Assembly: GCA_977017645.1 (NCBI GenBank)
Contig: OZ360223.1
Span: 84,940,001 to 85,004,000 of the forward strand
DNA: 64,000 nucleotides
Direction: 5' to 3'
Source of the DNA: Torpedo marmorata
Taxonomy: Eukaryota
Shown here: in pieces, positions 12,036 through 24,881 of the stretch
How positions within the stretch are numbered: the first letter of the stretch is position 1
Layout of the letters: each line of letters opens with the position of its first letter
Program-made: the position numbers and the translations under genes
Notes under the pieces: model-generated
What the model was told of the DNA's origin: nothing
Seen by the model: the letters and a program-made list of their open reading frames with translations, nothing else
Database searches by the model: none

Positions 12036-12538
12036 TTAAATTTTTAAATTTAGACATACAGCACGGTAACAGGCCATTTTGGCCCACGAGTCCGTGCCGC
12101 CCAATTTACACCCAATTAACCTACATCCCCAGTACGTTTCGACCGGTGGGAGGAAACCGAAGCCCCTGGGGAAAACCCATGCAGACACAGGGAGAACGTA
12201 CAAACTCCTTACTGACAGTGCGGGATTCAAACCCCGGTCCCAATTGCTGGCGCTGTAAAGGCGTTGCGCTAACCGCTACGCCAACCGTGCCACCCTAAAT
12301 TTAGAAATGCAGCACGGTAACATGTCCTTTTGGCTCACAAGCCCGTGCCGCCCAATTACACCCAATTGACCTACAACCCCCGGTATGCTTTGAATGGTGG
12401 GAGGAAACCAGAGCACCCGGAGGAAACCCATGCAGACACGGGGAGAACGTACAAACTCCTTACAAACAGTGCAAGATTTGAATCTCAATTCCGATCTCCC
12501 AATCACTGGTGCTTAACAGCGTTGCGCTAACCGCTACA
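12036..12538 (-). mobile_element. Two tandem tRNA-derived V-SINEs (HE1-like), ~12036-12295 and ~12296-12538
   Basis: Box A TGGCGTAGCGG, box B GGTTTGAATCC, V-domain GGAGTTTGTACGTTCTCCC..GTCTGCATGGGTTT, CR1-like tail. Confidence 0.88.
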
Positions 12539-12794
12539 TCCTGACAGTAGCTTTTTAATTCCAGATTTATTTCAGTACTCAGACATAAATTTCTCAGTGG
12601 CTGTGGTGGGTATTGAACTTGTCACCACCTGGATACTATGTCAGTAACTTAGCCACTATGCTACCTTTGCATACCCTATCGAGGGTTATCACTGATTATC
12701 CTAATAAACACTAATGGATCTAAATTGAATGGAGACTAAAAAGAGATGTTCAGTAAGGATATTGAAAATCATGCTCAGATTTTCCATTGGAAGA

Positions 12795-12895
12795 GAATCA
12801 GAATCAGAATTTCAGAATCAGAATCAGAATCAGAATTTATTGTCATGAACAAGTCATGAAATTCGGTGTTTTGCGGCAGCATCATAGTGCAATTA
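12795..12895 (-). mobile_element. Rex1/Babar 3' end with (TTCTGA)n tail
   Basis: Matches the end of the element at 46551-49795. Confidence 0.85.
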
Positions 12896-13604
12896 ATATG
12901 CTGAACTGCCTACATGGATATTACAGGTTACAGTGTTCATATGTGTATTGACATAGGAACAAACCAAATGCACTGTAATCCTCATCTATCCCTCATGCAT
13001 CAAAGGACCAGCAGAAGGAAGACTGGTGAAGATGAATTATACTTCTTAGAGCAGATAAACTGTTCAGCTATGTCTTATTGAACCTGCCAGATGATGATGA
13101 AGACCCAGTGCCTCCGTCACACGATTGAAACACAGAATTGACAGGAGCCAAGGTTTTCATCAAGCCAGCATTTGCTCAGCTGAAATGGAGGAAAGTCAAC
13201 AATATTTGACAATTAATATACCTGAGGGCCCTAATACTCAAAACTAATTAGCAAAATAAAGTCAATCCCAAAAATATTTCATTCAACAATATCAAGATGG
13301 TACAAGATAAAGACCATTATAAATGTAATCAAGATCTTGCACTAATAACCTAAAGTATCAATAAAAAAATCTTCTAATCTTAATGTGTCCAATCAACTAC
13401 CTGAAAACAATGAAAAGTTCAATAGAGGCATGTGTGCAATCATGCAGAAAGAAATCCGAGGTTAAAACTAAATGCAACACAGACAGTCAAAGAAAAGCTG
13501 GAAGTGGCTATAAACATAAACCTTCAATTTTCCTATCCAGACGACATATCTGCACCACCAGATTCAAGGACAGTCTCCCAACCATTATAAGATTGCTGAA
13601 CAAG

Positions 13605-14290
13605 CCTCAAGGAGATGATTATAGACTTCAGGAGGAAGACAGGAGAACACAAACCAGTCCTCATCGAGAATTCTGCAGTGGAGAGGCTCAAGAAATTCAA
13701 TTTCCTGGGTATCAACATCTCCGAGATTCTGTCATGGAGCCTCCATGTCGATGCAATCACAAAGAAGGCTCACTAGCGGCTTTACTTTGTGAGGAGTTTG
13801 AGGTGATTCGGTATGTCACCAAAGACTCTCGAAAACTTCAACAGGTGCACCGTGGAGAGCATTCTGGCTGTTTGCATCAGTGTCTGGTATGGACGTGCCA
13901 ACTCTCAGGACAAGAGAAAACTTCAGATGGTTGTCAACTCAGCCTGTGACATCACGGGCACCAGTCTTCACTCCATCGAGGACATCTACTAGAGGCGGTG
14001 TCTTAAGAAAGCAGCCTCCCCACCACCCACTCTTCACTCTGCTACCATCAAGAAAAAGGTACAGGAGTCTGAAGATGAGCACTCAGTGGCATAAGGACAG
14101 CTTCTTCCCTGCTGCCATCAGATTCCTAAATGAACAATGAACCACAGACACTGCCTTACTTTGATTTTTTCTTGCACTATTTTTATTTATTTTGTAAGGT
14201 GGTTTATATCAATGTTTGCATAGTGACACTGCTGCAAAACAACAAATTTTGTGACATGTTCATGACAATAAATTCTGATTCTTATCTGAT
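13605..14290 (+). mobile_element. Rex1/Babar 3' fragment
   Basis: KEMIIDFRR..FLGINI..KDSFFPAAIRFLN; 3' UTR and tail. Confidence 0.88.
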
Positions 14291-14899
14291 GCTAGTAAAG
14301 TAATGTTGCCTGTAGCTCTGTTCTGACTCATCTCTCTCTGAAACTCTGCACTCTGTATTGTGTTTTTGTTGCTGTCCTATGCATGAGTTGACTTGTGGAC
14401 TGCATGTAAAATGAATTTTCTCACAGTAACTCAGAGCATGCAACAATAAACTTGAATGCAAACTTGAACTTGGAAAATTTCAACATCAGTACAGATATAG
14501 TGGAATGGAATAAGCTGGAAGAATGGAATTGTCCTTGCAGAAAATAAGGTGTAGTTTAGATATCTGTGGGAGTAATGTTGGCATGAAACAGCCATAACAC
14601 AGACAGAAATGTACTAAAAAGGGAGCTGAAGGAGAGGGTCTGAGTAGGATGAAACAAAGAGACATGCCATAACTTGGGTGTATGCAAGTTTCCATTGCTA
14701 TTCCTTTGATTTGGAGGTCTCCCTCTATTTACACTCTTCCAGTTTTCTCAGCGATGATAAGCAAGCATCGATCACCCTCTGTCAGTTGGCATTTCTGTCC
14801 ACAGCAATCATGATCTCCAACCTTCCACAGATATTCCCTTTGTTCTCTCCACTCCCCCCTCTCTCTTCAAACTAAAAGGTGCTCCTTCTCTCATTTTAT

Positions 14900-15030
14900 T
14901 ATTTCAAATAACAGGTCATTGACCTGGAATGTTACCTCTGTTTTTCTCTTTCCACAGATGCTGCCTCACCTGCCAGGCATTTCCAGCAGTTTCTGTTTTT
15001 ATTTCAGGTTTGCAACATCTGTGGTATTTG
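14900..15030 (+). mobile_element. Old PLE pLTR end
   Basis: CACAGATGCTGCCTCACCTGCC..TTTCCAGCAGTTTCTGTTTTT, the typical end sequence of the PLE termini here. Confidence 0.55.
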
Positions 15031-15044
15031 GTATTTTGACCTAC

Positions 15045-15760
15045 AATGCATAACTTATGTGCCATGCCTCAAATTATGGTGTAGGAGCTGTAGTCAGTCA
15101 TGTAATGGTCAATGGCCAAGAAAAAAGCATTTTCAAATTGCATCCATTAAGAGAGAGTGAGGAAAGCTATGGTCAAATTGAGAAAGAGACATTAGGGATT
15201 CTTCTGTCATTAAATCGTATTATCCATTCCTATTGGACAGACCACAAGCTTTCATCAGCAGTTCAGGACCCTTAGTTGATAATGGCTCTGTCAAGAATGC
15301 AAATATCAGCCATTCCCCTGATCAGAATATGATCACACATCCAAGGTTGAACTTCAAAACAAAATGCCATCACACGAGAATTCAGGAATATTATTCAATT
15401 GAAAACAGTGAAAGATGACTTTCTAATTACAATAATGGAGATAGTCTGGAGGATTCAAAATAACCTTGCTCTGAAATCAGTATCCAAAAATCTTTAAAAG
15501 GGTAAGCTGACTCTTGCAAATATCCAAATAAGACCTGAGACTGTACTGTAACAAATTAGATGAGTTGTCAACCAAGCAACATTGTGCTTGATAGGAAGGC
15601 AAAGCTGTCATGTAGAGAAGACAAATTTTATAAGAAATTCATCCTGAAAATTCTGTCATTGTGCGCATGAAGGCAATAATCAATAATTTTGCTTATTGTC
15701 TAGAATTAAAAATAGATTGCAGAGATGTAGCAGACGTGTGTTAAATTAATGTTCCAAGAA
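15045..15760 (+). mobile_element. Old Gypsy pol fragment (RNase H to integrase N-terminus)
   Basis: C(D)ASNYGVGAVVSH, YGQIEKETLGI, TDHK; heavily degraded. Confidence 0.7.
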
Positions 15761-15896
15761 CCAAAGATGTTTCCTTGTGCTTTTGGTCAAACAAATCTTT
15801 GCTATCTGTCCTTGTTTTTTTTCTTCACAACAATGTTACCTTATTGTATCTTCTAATAATTGATTAATAATTGTACAGTCTGCCAGGATTGTAGAG

Positions 15897-16128
15897 GGTA
15901 ACACGAAAGTCTGCAGACGCTGTGATGGTAGTAAAAACACACCGAAATGGTGGAGGAACTCAGCCGGTCTTTTCAGCGTCCATAAAAAGCAAGGATATAT
16001 TGCCGATGTTTCGGGCCTGAGCCCTTCTTCAAGGAATAAGCAGAAAGACCCAAAACATCGGCAATATATCTGCTTTTTATAGACGCTGAAAAGACCGGCT
16101 GAGTTCCTCCAGCATTTTGGTGTGTTTT
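15897..16128 (-). mobile_element. Mini-PLE made of a pLTR end plus its inverted copy, with hammerhead motif
   Basis: 16-bp TSD TGCCAGGATTGTAGAG (15881-15896 / 16129-16144); minus strand TTGAAGAAGGGCTCAGGCCCGAAACATC. Confidence 0.85.
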
Positions 16129-16224
16129 TGCCAGGATTGTAGAGCCAAGGGGCATCTTTGTGGACAATACATGTTGATTAATGTGAGAATTGACAACATT
16201 CAGTGCCCTTGGAAAATCATTTTA

Positions 16225-16895
16225 ATTTCAAGTCAAGTTTCAAGTTTATGTTTATTGTCGCATATACCGACGAACAGTGAAAAAGTTGATTTTGTGTGCT
16301 ATCCAGCAAGTCTATTCATTCATAAGTGCAGCAGAATAAAACACAGTTCAGAGAATAGGGTTACATTGAGAGATTGGTTAGAACGGAGCAAGGGCAATAT
16401 TACTTTACTGGTGTGAGGTTCATTGAGGAGTCTGATTGTAGCACAAAAGAAACTGCCCTTGAATCTGATGGTGCATGATTTCACATTCTTGTAACTTCTT
16501 TCCAATGGGAGGAGGGAGAAGAGAGTGTTGTCAGGGTGGTATGAGGTTTTTAATATTTTAGCTGATTTTTCGAGGTATTGGGAAATGTAGATGGGCTTGA
16601 TGAAGGGAATGGAGATTTGGATGATGATCTGAGCTATGATCACAATTCTCTGCAATTTCTTGTGGTCTTGGGTGAAGCAGTTCCTGTACCATGCAGTGAT
16701 GCATCCTGACAAGATACTCTTGGTTGTGCATCTGTAGAAGTTGTTGATGGACACTGGGGACATGCCAAATGTCCTCAAGCATCTGAGGGAGTAGAGGCGT
16801 TGGTGCATTTTCTTGGCTGTCACATTGATGTGGTTGGTTCCAGACAGGTCTTGGAGATATTTTCTCCCAGGAACTTAAAGCTATCTACTACCTCA
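16225..16895 (-). mobile_element. Rex1/Babar 3' fragment (second family)
   Basis: AKKMHQRLYSLRCLRTFG, FYRCTTKSILSGCITAWY, RFKGSFF. Confidence 0.85.
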
Positions 16896-17949
16896 GCACA
16901 TTTAATGTGGAAAGGGAATGAGGTCTATGACCAGCTCCTTAGTCTTAAAAATAGTCAAGGTGAAACATGTTGGGTTCTGAATTACAACAGAGTGTACTAT
17001 CAAAGAACTGAGATCCACATACATATCATAGCTTACAAGAAGGGCTAGTCTCAGATATTGTTCCTCAGTTTATTCACATTTATTAGAGTGGTTTACAAAA
17101 CCAAAAAGGATTGAGGAATTCAGCTGTAAATGAGAGATCAGTGGGGATAGTCAAAGGGACATGGAAGAACAGATATTACAAGGGTGCTCAAATTTAACAA
17201 TGTGACTTTGCTATCTGTATACATTTTGTTCAACAACAAAATGACATCACATTCCAAAACAGGTTATACTCCTGCTGAGTTACTAATCCATCAACATGAT
17301 TGAGTTTAGTTCAGAGAAGTCTAAAGGGAAGAGTGGGAAAGAAGCCTTTGAGGCACAAACGAGTTTATATGTTAATACCATCTCATAAATCTGATACTCA
17401 GGAATGGGATGCTGGTGTGAAGTACAAAGTGATATCCTGTGGAAATAGGAGATATGGTTGGAAGTGTCCACATAAATCATTTCATTCAAGCAAGCGATAT
17501 ACAGCAGGATGTCACAGGGTTATGTGATTATGAGTGTAATGTTGCATTTGATACAGTGGAGACTTTGGGGAAAATTACACAAGATTCTATCAAATTGAGT
17601 TGTGAATTGACAGTCAAGTCAAGAGGACACAATCAAAGAGACTCGATGAATAGGTTAAATCTGTAAGTAACCTGTTTATGAAAAAAGAGAAAACAGTGAT
17701 ATGTGTGTAAACATATGACCTATCTGTGAATGGTACAGATAGAGAGTGGAATCAGCAAGAAGCAAATATTCTGGCACCTGTCTGTCTCACTTCGAGAATC
17801 TCCATGTTCGTTGCACAACCCACAATTAAATAGTAAATATGCTTTAGTGTATACATTACATTTACCATCTCTGCTGTGTGATCCCCTGATCTTACAGTTC
17901 TGACAACATATTCTGCATTATAAAAAGCAGATTCAAATTCCTGTTCCTA

Positions 17950-18620
17950 ACCAGATCACCTTTACTGTAGACATACAATCATTCTAAACTCCACACCAAG
18001 ATGATCTGACCACCCTCAGCATTTTCTGACCAATTCCCCTCCAACACACAAGTGTGTGCCTAAACTTGTCCTCTCTTTAAACACTTCTCTTTCAACTCCA
18101 CTCACAATCTCCAGGACAAAGGTGCAGATATGGAAACTCACGTGGACTAGAATGTAAGTTCCCATATCTGTGAATGTTTTTTGATGGGATATAAATGTCT
18201 TTGGGTGGGAAACGTGTATCAGTCTTTGGTTCACACCCACTCGAGCCCATTATCTCAAACTTCTTCATTTCAGGTACATCAACAACTGCTTCCTGCATTT
18301 GTGCAGAACTTCAAATGTCATTACTTTGATGCCAATTTCCACCCTATGCTTACTCTCACATGATCCTTCCTCGATTCCTGGATCACTGGAGATGCAGCAC
18401 CTTTCCTTTAATCCTACACTTCCCACCATTCAAGGTTTCAAACAGTCTCTTCAAATAAAGTAGTAATTCAATTGCATCTCTTCCAATCCAGTGTACTGCA
18501 TTCAGTTGTCACGATGTAGATTAAATCTACATTAAAGGAGCCAGTACACAAAAGTACAGGAGCAAATGCAATGGTTTGCTTTTGTAGGCATTTAGTTGTG
18601 TTAAACAATGGATTTTGCAG
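17950..18620 (+). mobile_element. Old, degraded PLE RT and GIY-YIG remnants
   Basis: FTVDIQS, QDKGADM, VYCIQLSRC-like remnants. Confidence 0.55.
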
Positions 18621-18744
18621 TATTCTGCTATTTTCACTTTCTTTCACACATATCATTCAAGTGCCTGCACCTTTTTCAAAACTTTCAATGAAAGATAGAT
18701 AAATTAAGAGCAAGGGAATTTTTGAAAGTGTAACAAACATATCT

Positions 18745-19040
18745 TGGTGGCACATCGAGGTATGCACTGACCGCAGTGGGTAGGATTTGACTCAATTTAG
18801 GAAGGATGTATCCCCATAATGAGGAGTCTAGGACCAAGGAAAACGGTGTGAGAGTAAGGACTGAGATGAAGAGATATATCTTCATCTCCAAGGGCGGTGA
18901 ACCTTTGGAATTCTCTACCCCAAAAGAAAAAGTGATAGATTTCTGAGCATTAAAGGATATTACAAGAAAATGGCACTGAGTGGAAGATCAGCCATGATCT
19001 TGATGATGGCTTACTCTTACTTCTACTTCTTATGCTCCTA
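18745..19040 (+). mobile_element. Degenerate CR1 3' fragment
   Basis: GAGTCTAGGACCAAGG..TTCTC..AGGGCGGTGAACCTTTGGAATTCTCT. Confidence 0.55.
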
Positions 19041-19044
19041 TGTT

Positions 19045-19230
19045 GTTATACAGCACTACTGTGTCACTGACCCAGGTTCAATCCTGATCTACAGCACAGT
19101 CCCTGTGGAGTTTGTACACTCTCCTTGTGACCGTACGTATGAGTTGTCCCTGGATGCTCCCATTTCTCCCACATCCTCCATGAAATGCTGTTTTTTAGGC
19201 TTATTGGCTACTGTAAAGTAACGCTGGGTG
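19045..19230 (+). mobile_element. Degenerate V-SINE
   Basis: Box B GGTTCAATCC and V-domain TGTGGAGTTTGTACACTCTCC. Confidence 0.6.
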
Positions 19231-19253
19231 GTAAGAAAATTGGGGTGGAGACA

Positions 19254-20232
19254 GTAAAAACACAATGCCGGAGAAACTCAGCAGGTCATACAGTGTACTT
19301 TATATAGCAAAGAATAAGATACATAACCAATGTTTCGGGCTTGAGCCCTTCATCGAGGTATCTTTTTAAAGCTCTGGAGGGCAGGTGGCCAAAGTCCAGG
19401 CTGGAGGTCGCGGTCGAAGCTACGGGGGCTCCTATAAGCGGGCGGCAGGGGCCTTGGTTGGAGTCAGCAGCCGAGGCGTCGGGAGCTCTGGAGGATGGGC
19501 GGCCGGGGCCCAGGCTGGAGTAGGAGGCCGAGGTGTAGGGAGCTCCAGAGGGCAGACAGCCGGGGCCCAGGCTGGAGTCAGCAACCGAAGCAACTGGAGG
19601 TGCGGAGGGCGGGCGGCCAGGGCCCAGTCTGGAGTAAGAGGCCGAGGCGTAGGGAGCTCCAGAGGGCGGACGGTCGGAGGTGGGGCTGAAGTCGGTGACC
19701 GAAGCTGCGGGAGGTCTGGAGAGCGGGCGACTGGGGCCCAGGATAGAGTCGGTGGCCGAGGTTTCGGGAAGTCTGACGGGCGGGCAACTGGGGCCGAGAT
19801 GGACACCCGCGTTAGGGTTGCAGGGGCTGCAGTCTCCAGGGAGACGAGCTTGCAATCCTTGATGGACGCCAGGTAAGTGTAGAGTCGGGGGCTGAGCATG
19901 TGGATCTGGCAGCGGATGAAGTACAGGAGGGATCCGTTACAGGCCATGGCCAGCGAGGTCCGGAGCTGTGTCAGGGAAAGGGCGAGTTGCCGCTGATATC
20001 TCCGCATCGAGGCGAGGGTGGTGCGTAGGAGTCGACGAGAGAAGCGGAGAGAGCAGCAGTCAATTCTGTGTAGGTAACTGAGATGCTTGAGGGGGCCAAA
20101 CTGTGAGGCCTGGAAAAGGAGCTGGAAACCACAAGGCACAAAATGGCGGCGGAGGCAAGTAGCGAGGAAGGCCACGTGGCTGTGGAAGCGAGTCTGGGTG
20201 AGTACGTGAGTTGGGATGGAGCCAGTGTGCAC
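19254..20232 (-). mobile_element. Internally deleted PLE: N-terminal ORF part + 57-bp repeats joined to a hammerhead-bearing pLTR
   Basis: TRFHSHVAFLATCLRRHFVPCGFQL resembles the PLE N-terminal motif; pLTR 19254-19360 with TCGATGAAGGGCTCAAGCCCGAAAC. Confidence 0.72.
19375..19800. repeat. GC-rich 57-bp tandem repeat, ~7 degenerate units
   Basis: GGGGCC(C)AGGCTGGAGT-like starts at 19448, 19505, 19562, ~19620 and onward. Confidence 0.8.
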
Positions 20233-20462
20233 ATGAGATAGACCAGGTTTCAGGGAGGAATGTCATTGATGGGATTGCTCTGTTCTGCCATAGACTCGAT
20301 GAGAAGAATGTGCTCTCTCTATGTTGTATGAGATAACCCAGTTTTGTTTGAAAGCTGTAAATATGTAATATATCCCTTCTGGGGAAACAGAAATATAGGA
20401 ACACTGCAGGAGCAGGATTAACTATGATAACCATGACAACTAATTAATTGGAAAGGTTGAAG

Positions 20463-20712
20463 CAGCTATTCTCCACCTTTTATCGGCTGTTCCCCCACCC
20501 CCTCAGGATCTGCTCAAAGTTTATGGGCCCCCCTTCCCTGTGAAGTAGTCAATTTGGTTTCTTCCGTACTTCTCTACTACCGACTACATAAAAAACATTA
20601 AAAATATTTATCTTACATGAGGTGAAAAGAAAACAAGGCTTTTGCTTTAATGTGCCGTGGCCCCAAGGGGGGGGGGGAGTGTGGGGCCCCCGTTGACCGT
20701 TGAGAATGGCTG
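20463..20712. mobile_element. hAT MITE
   Basis: TIRs CAGCTATTCTC / GAGAATGGCTG; homologous, in opposite orientation, to 53895-54150. Confidence 0.75.
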
Positions 20713-21464
20713 GTTTAGAGGACTATGAGCCAAACACAGGTGAGTGGATCTAGCTTGAGTAGACAATTTGTTCGGCATGGACAAATTGTGATGAAGCGCC
20801 CGTTTTCATACTGGAAAACTCTATAACTTACACTTAATATCTCTTGTGCAAACATTACAGACGTGAAAATGAAATTGATTCCAGACTACTCTTTACGCAA
20901 AAGTAAAATGATTTGCAGGTGTCAGATTCTACAATTATTGGCCCATTGCTGCCTTATTGATGAATATATCTTCATTGGATATTGAGATCTGATCTCCCCC
21001 ATGATACCTAAAATGATCATTAAAGTCCTGACAGAGGAAGTTTCAATTTATACATTTGAGATGTGGATGCCAATTTCTAACAATAGCAGCCAATTATTTT
21101 TTCTCCTGTCACAGATCCAGGAAGATTTATGGATACTCGCCCTTTGCGGCGTATTCAAGTCTACTGCTTTCATCCTATTCTTGCCCCATTTATTTTGCTG
21201 CCATGAAAGCAGTTGTCATGTCTTCTTTCTCCTACCCCTGCTTCCTTCCACCCATCCCAGCCCTCTGCAACCTCAGCACACATACCTAAAGGATTGCCAC
21301 ATTGAGGGTGAACTTCCTCGAATTTTCTGACATATTAGATCGATTGGGCCAGAGCTTTATCTTTGTTTTGAACAAGGAAATTCAGGAGCACATGGTTGAA
21401 ATCACTTCTCGAGTCTGATTGTGCCTTTGGGCCTTCTGTAGAGCAACTGCCTAGCTCCTACCAC

Positions 21465-21725
21465 AGTCCTGGGTTCAATCCTGCCCTCAACTACTGACTG
21501 TGTGGAGTTTGCATGTTTTCCATGTGACCCCTGTGGGTTTCATCTGAGTGCTCCTATTTCCCTCCACATCCTGAAGACAATTGCTCCTTGTGTGTAGGTA
21601 AGAGGTAGATGCTGGGGGAGTTAATAAGAATGTGAGGAGAATTTGAAAAAGAGAACAATGTCGAATTAGTGTAAATGGCGGTTGCTGTAAAATCTGTGGA
21701 TGGAAGGATCCGTTTCTTTGCTGTC
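21465..21725 (+). mobile_element. Degenerate V-SINE
   Basis: GGGTTCAATCC box B; TGTGGAGTTTGCATGTTTTCC. Confidence 0.65.
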
Positions 21726-22084
21726 TCTCTCTATGGTATGCTGGCTACCTGCCAAGGCTCTGCCAGGTTTAATCAAATATGATCAGGTAAAGCAAGAGCT
21801 GTAACTTTCTTGTCTTTACTCCTCACACCACCCCGTTTCCCTCCATATATACCAGTCTCAGTATGGAGCTTTGTAAAATTCACAGAGTTTACTGAGAGAT
21901 TCTGTATACTCTCCCATTGGTACCAAGATCCATATGTAGGTGTAACTTTTGGGACAGGGCCCCCAGATGATTCCAAGACAACTGTACCCTCCCTTGGTCT
22001 GCAGCAGTCTCTTAAATACAGGTACACTTCATCACATGGGCATTCTGCCTTTTGTCATTATCACAGAGAGGAAAACCAGCAGCA

Positions 22085-22430
22085 CAGAATCAGAACCAGA
22101 ATCAGAATCAGAATCAGAATTTATTGTCATGAACAAGTCATGAAATTCAGTGTTTTTCGGCAGCATCATAGTGCAATTATCATTCATATTATAACCATCT
22201 TACGACTTTACTATAAAAAATTATAAATAATAGTGCACGAAAAGTAAGGCAGTGTCTTTGGTTCATTGATTATTCAGGAATCTGATGGCAGCGGGGAAGA
22301 AGCTGTCCTTGTGCCGTTGAGTGCTCGTCTTTAGGCTCCTGTACCTTTTTCTCAATGGTAGCAGAGTGAAGAGGGCATGGCCTGGGTGGTGGGGTTCTTT
22401 GAGGATAGATGCTGCTTTTTTAAGACACAG
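22085..22430 (-). mobile_element. Rex1/Babar 3' fragment
   Basis: (CAGAAT)n tail; HPGHALFTLLP..KDSFFPAAIRFLNNQ. Confidence 0.9.
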
Positions 22431-22914
22431 GTGACAGATTGAAGCAGAGTCATGTAAAAAACAAATGCTATTACCACCCTCCCCCTGCCTCTCCAATCTC
22501 ACAACCAACCTGATCCATTAATAACACGCATATTTCTAAACTTGTTCCTCAAAAACCATAATGGGACGCCACTGAGATCTGCATCACCAGTGTTTCGAGC
22601 CAGCCCAATCTGCTTGTGACCTAAAGCACAAGATCTCAAGCCAGCACCACCTTTAAGCTTCCAAGTGAGGATTAGCTCAAATCAGTCTAATGTATTCAGA
22701 GCACCCTGTCATTGATAAGGAAGGTCCCAATTCTGTCCCAGCATTCCCAGCTCAGGCTCTTCCATCATCCTTTCCTGTCTCCATCAGCAAATTTTGTTAT
22801 GCAGGGATACCATTTAACTCTGCTCTGATAATGATCATTGCTGGTTTTCAAGGCTGCAGCTGAAGTTGGAAATCAATGGTTAATTTAGAACCAGTTTTAA
22901 TGTGTAGGCACAGA

Positions 22915-23145
22915 AACACCAGAGACTGGGGATGCTGGTATCCAGAGCAAACCCCAAATGACTGGAGGAACTCAACGGATCAGGCAACATTCTTGGAGGG
23001 AAATGGACATTGGTGTTTCAGATTGACACCTTACTTTGAGGTCTGAAGTAGGTCTTAGACCCGAAACGTTGACTATCCATTTTCCCCCACCTGCTGAGTT
23101 CCTCTGGTAGTTTGGGTTATGCTCAGTTTTGACTTGTTGCAGATT
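22915..23145. mobile_element. Old inverted-pLTR mini-PLE with hammerhead remnant
   Basis: CTGGAGGAACTCAAC...GCTGAGTTCCTCTGG inverted arms; CTGAAGTAGGTCTTAGACCCGAAACGTT at 23043-23070. Confidence 0.65.
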
Positions 23146-24149
23146 TTTTTTAAAATAAAGTGACAATGAAGTTCATGGTGTAGGATTGAGGTAAATTTCC
23201 ATGCACGATTTCCCAGCTGTTTCTATCTAGGAACCAGGTGTTGTCATATGCTAGATTATGTAATGTCTGGTGAAAAGATGGGAAATTGCCAGAGAGGGGT
23301 AGTAGAAGTAATTTGTTTAAGGATTAGAGGAATCTCTCAGCATAGCTTCAGGGCACAGTTTGTCAGTTTGCAGGTTGGTTTGAGTGTTAGAATCTGAGAT
23401 TAAAAAAAGGAATTGCAAATAAATCTCCCTGCAAGTGTGCAATGGTCCAGGAGTTGGGGGTAACTGTTGAGTCATTCGTGAGACTTGGCATAATACCAAG
23501 CATGTATCAATCTTGCCAGATTCCTCAGAGTGTTGAATGAGAAAGAATCCTAGAAGTTATATTCCTCTTGAATCTATGATCTATTAACCATATTATAAAA
23601 CTGTAGCAAAAGGTATTCGAATAGCAGGTATGATTCCTCAGGTAGTTCATTGTAAAACAAAACACTATCTGTGCATGAGACCTAGGTTCAGTCTCATCTA
23701 CTTTATTGGGTTTGGTTTTATTCCTCCAGCAGATTTGTTCATGTAAAGATCCTGAAAATAGATGTGTACCTACATTAGCTGCACATGCTCAGTGGGACAG
23801 GCTTTTAACATAAGAAAAGTAGATGCCTGTTGAAGAACACGCCCAATTAAAATTCATTAGGATTAAAATCTAATGGGTTCCAGAGTGAATGACTGATTTA
23901 TTTTGCTAGATTATTATCCCCATTATAGCCAATTATGTGCAAAATAGCAAATGGTTGGGATGTATTTCTGGTGAGAGTTGCTACAAAAGATTGGGTTCCC
24001 ATCTGTAGAGTTCCATCGTCGTGTGTTCTGATTGATTGCTTGGAATAAAGAAAACAGCAAGTTTACTGTTTTTTTTAGACCTGAACTTGCCTGTCACTGT
24101 TCAAAGTGACAGATCAAAGTAAACCAGAGACTCACCCAAGCAAAGAGCT

Positions 24150-24673
24150 AAAACATCTCTGAAGATCTGTCCTGGAGCCTCCATGTCGATGTAATCATAA
24201 AGAAGGCTCGCCAGTGGCTATACTTCATGAGGAGTTTGAGGAGATTTGGAATGTCACCAAAGACTCTTGTAAATTTCTACAGGTGTACTGTGGATAACAT
24301 TCTGACTGGTTGCATCACTGTCTGGTATGGAGGTGCCAATGCACAGGACAGGAAAAAACTACAGAGAGTTGTGAACTCGGCCAGCATCATCATCATCACC
24401 ATCAAGGACATTTACAAGAGTCGGTGTCTTAAGAAAGCAGCCTCTATCCTCGAGGACCCTCACCACCCACACCATGCCCTCTTCACACTGATACCATTGG
24501 GAAGAAGGTACAGGAGATGAACACCCAGCGGCACAAGGGCAGCTTCTTCCCCTCTGCCATCAGATTTCTGAAAGGACAATGGACCACAGACACCATATTT
24601 GCGCCGTAATGCTGCCGCAAAACAACAAATTTCGTAACATGTTCATGACAATAAATTCTGATTCTGATTCTGA
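24150..24673 (+). mobile_element. Rex1/Babar 3' fragment
   Basis: RSLRRFGMSPKTLVNFYRC; (TTCTGA)n tail. Confidence 0.9.
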
Positions 24674-24881
24674 AATTAAAATCAATGCTTTTCTTTTCAC
24701 CATGTTTGCTATAAGCCTGAACTTCTTAATATACAACAACAAGATATATCATATAAAGCACATAAAATAATACAAGTGTTGGAATTGAGTATTTAAAATT
24801 GGCTTGGATTTTCCAGGGAACTACTGATTCTTGGCAATAAAAATGCTCACATTTTTCTCACATAAATATTTGGAAGATCAA

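Noticed and set aside
12200-12295. tRNA genes
   Set aside because: These are SINE heads followed by a V-domain and a LINE-derived tail, not stand-alone cloverleafs.
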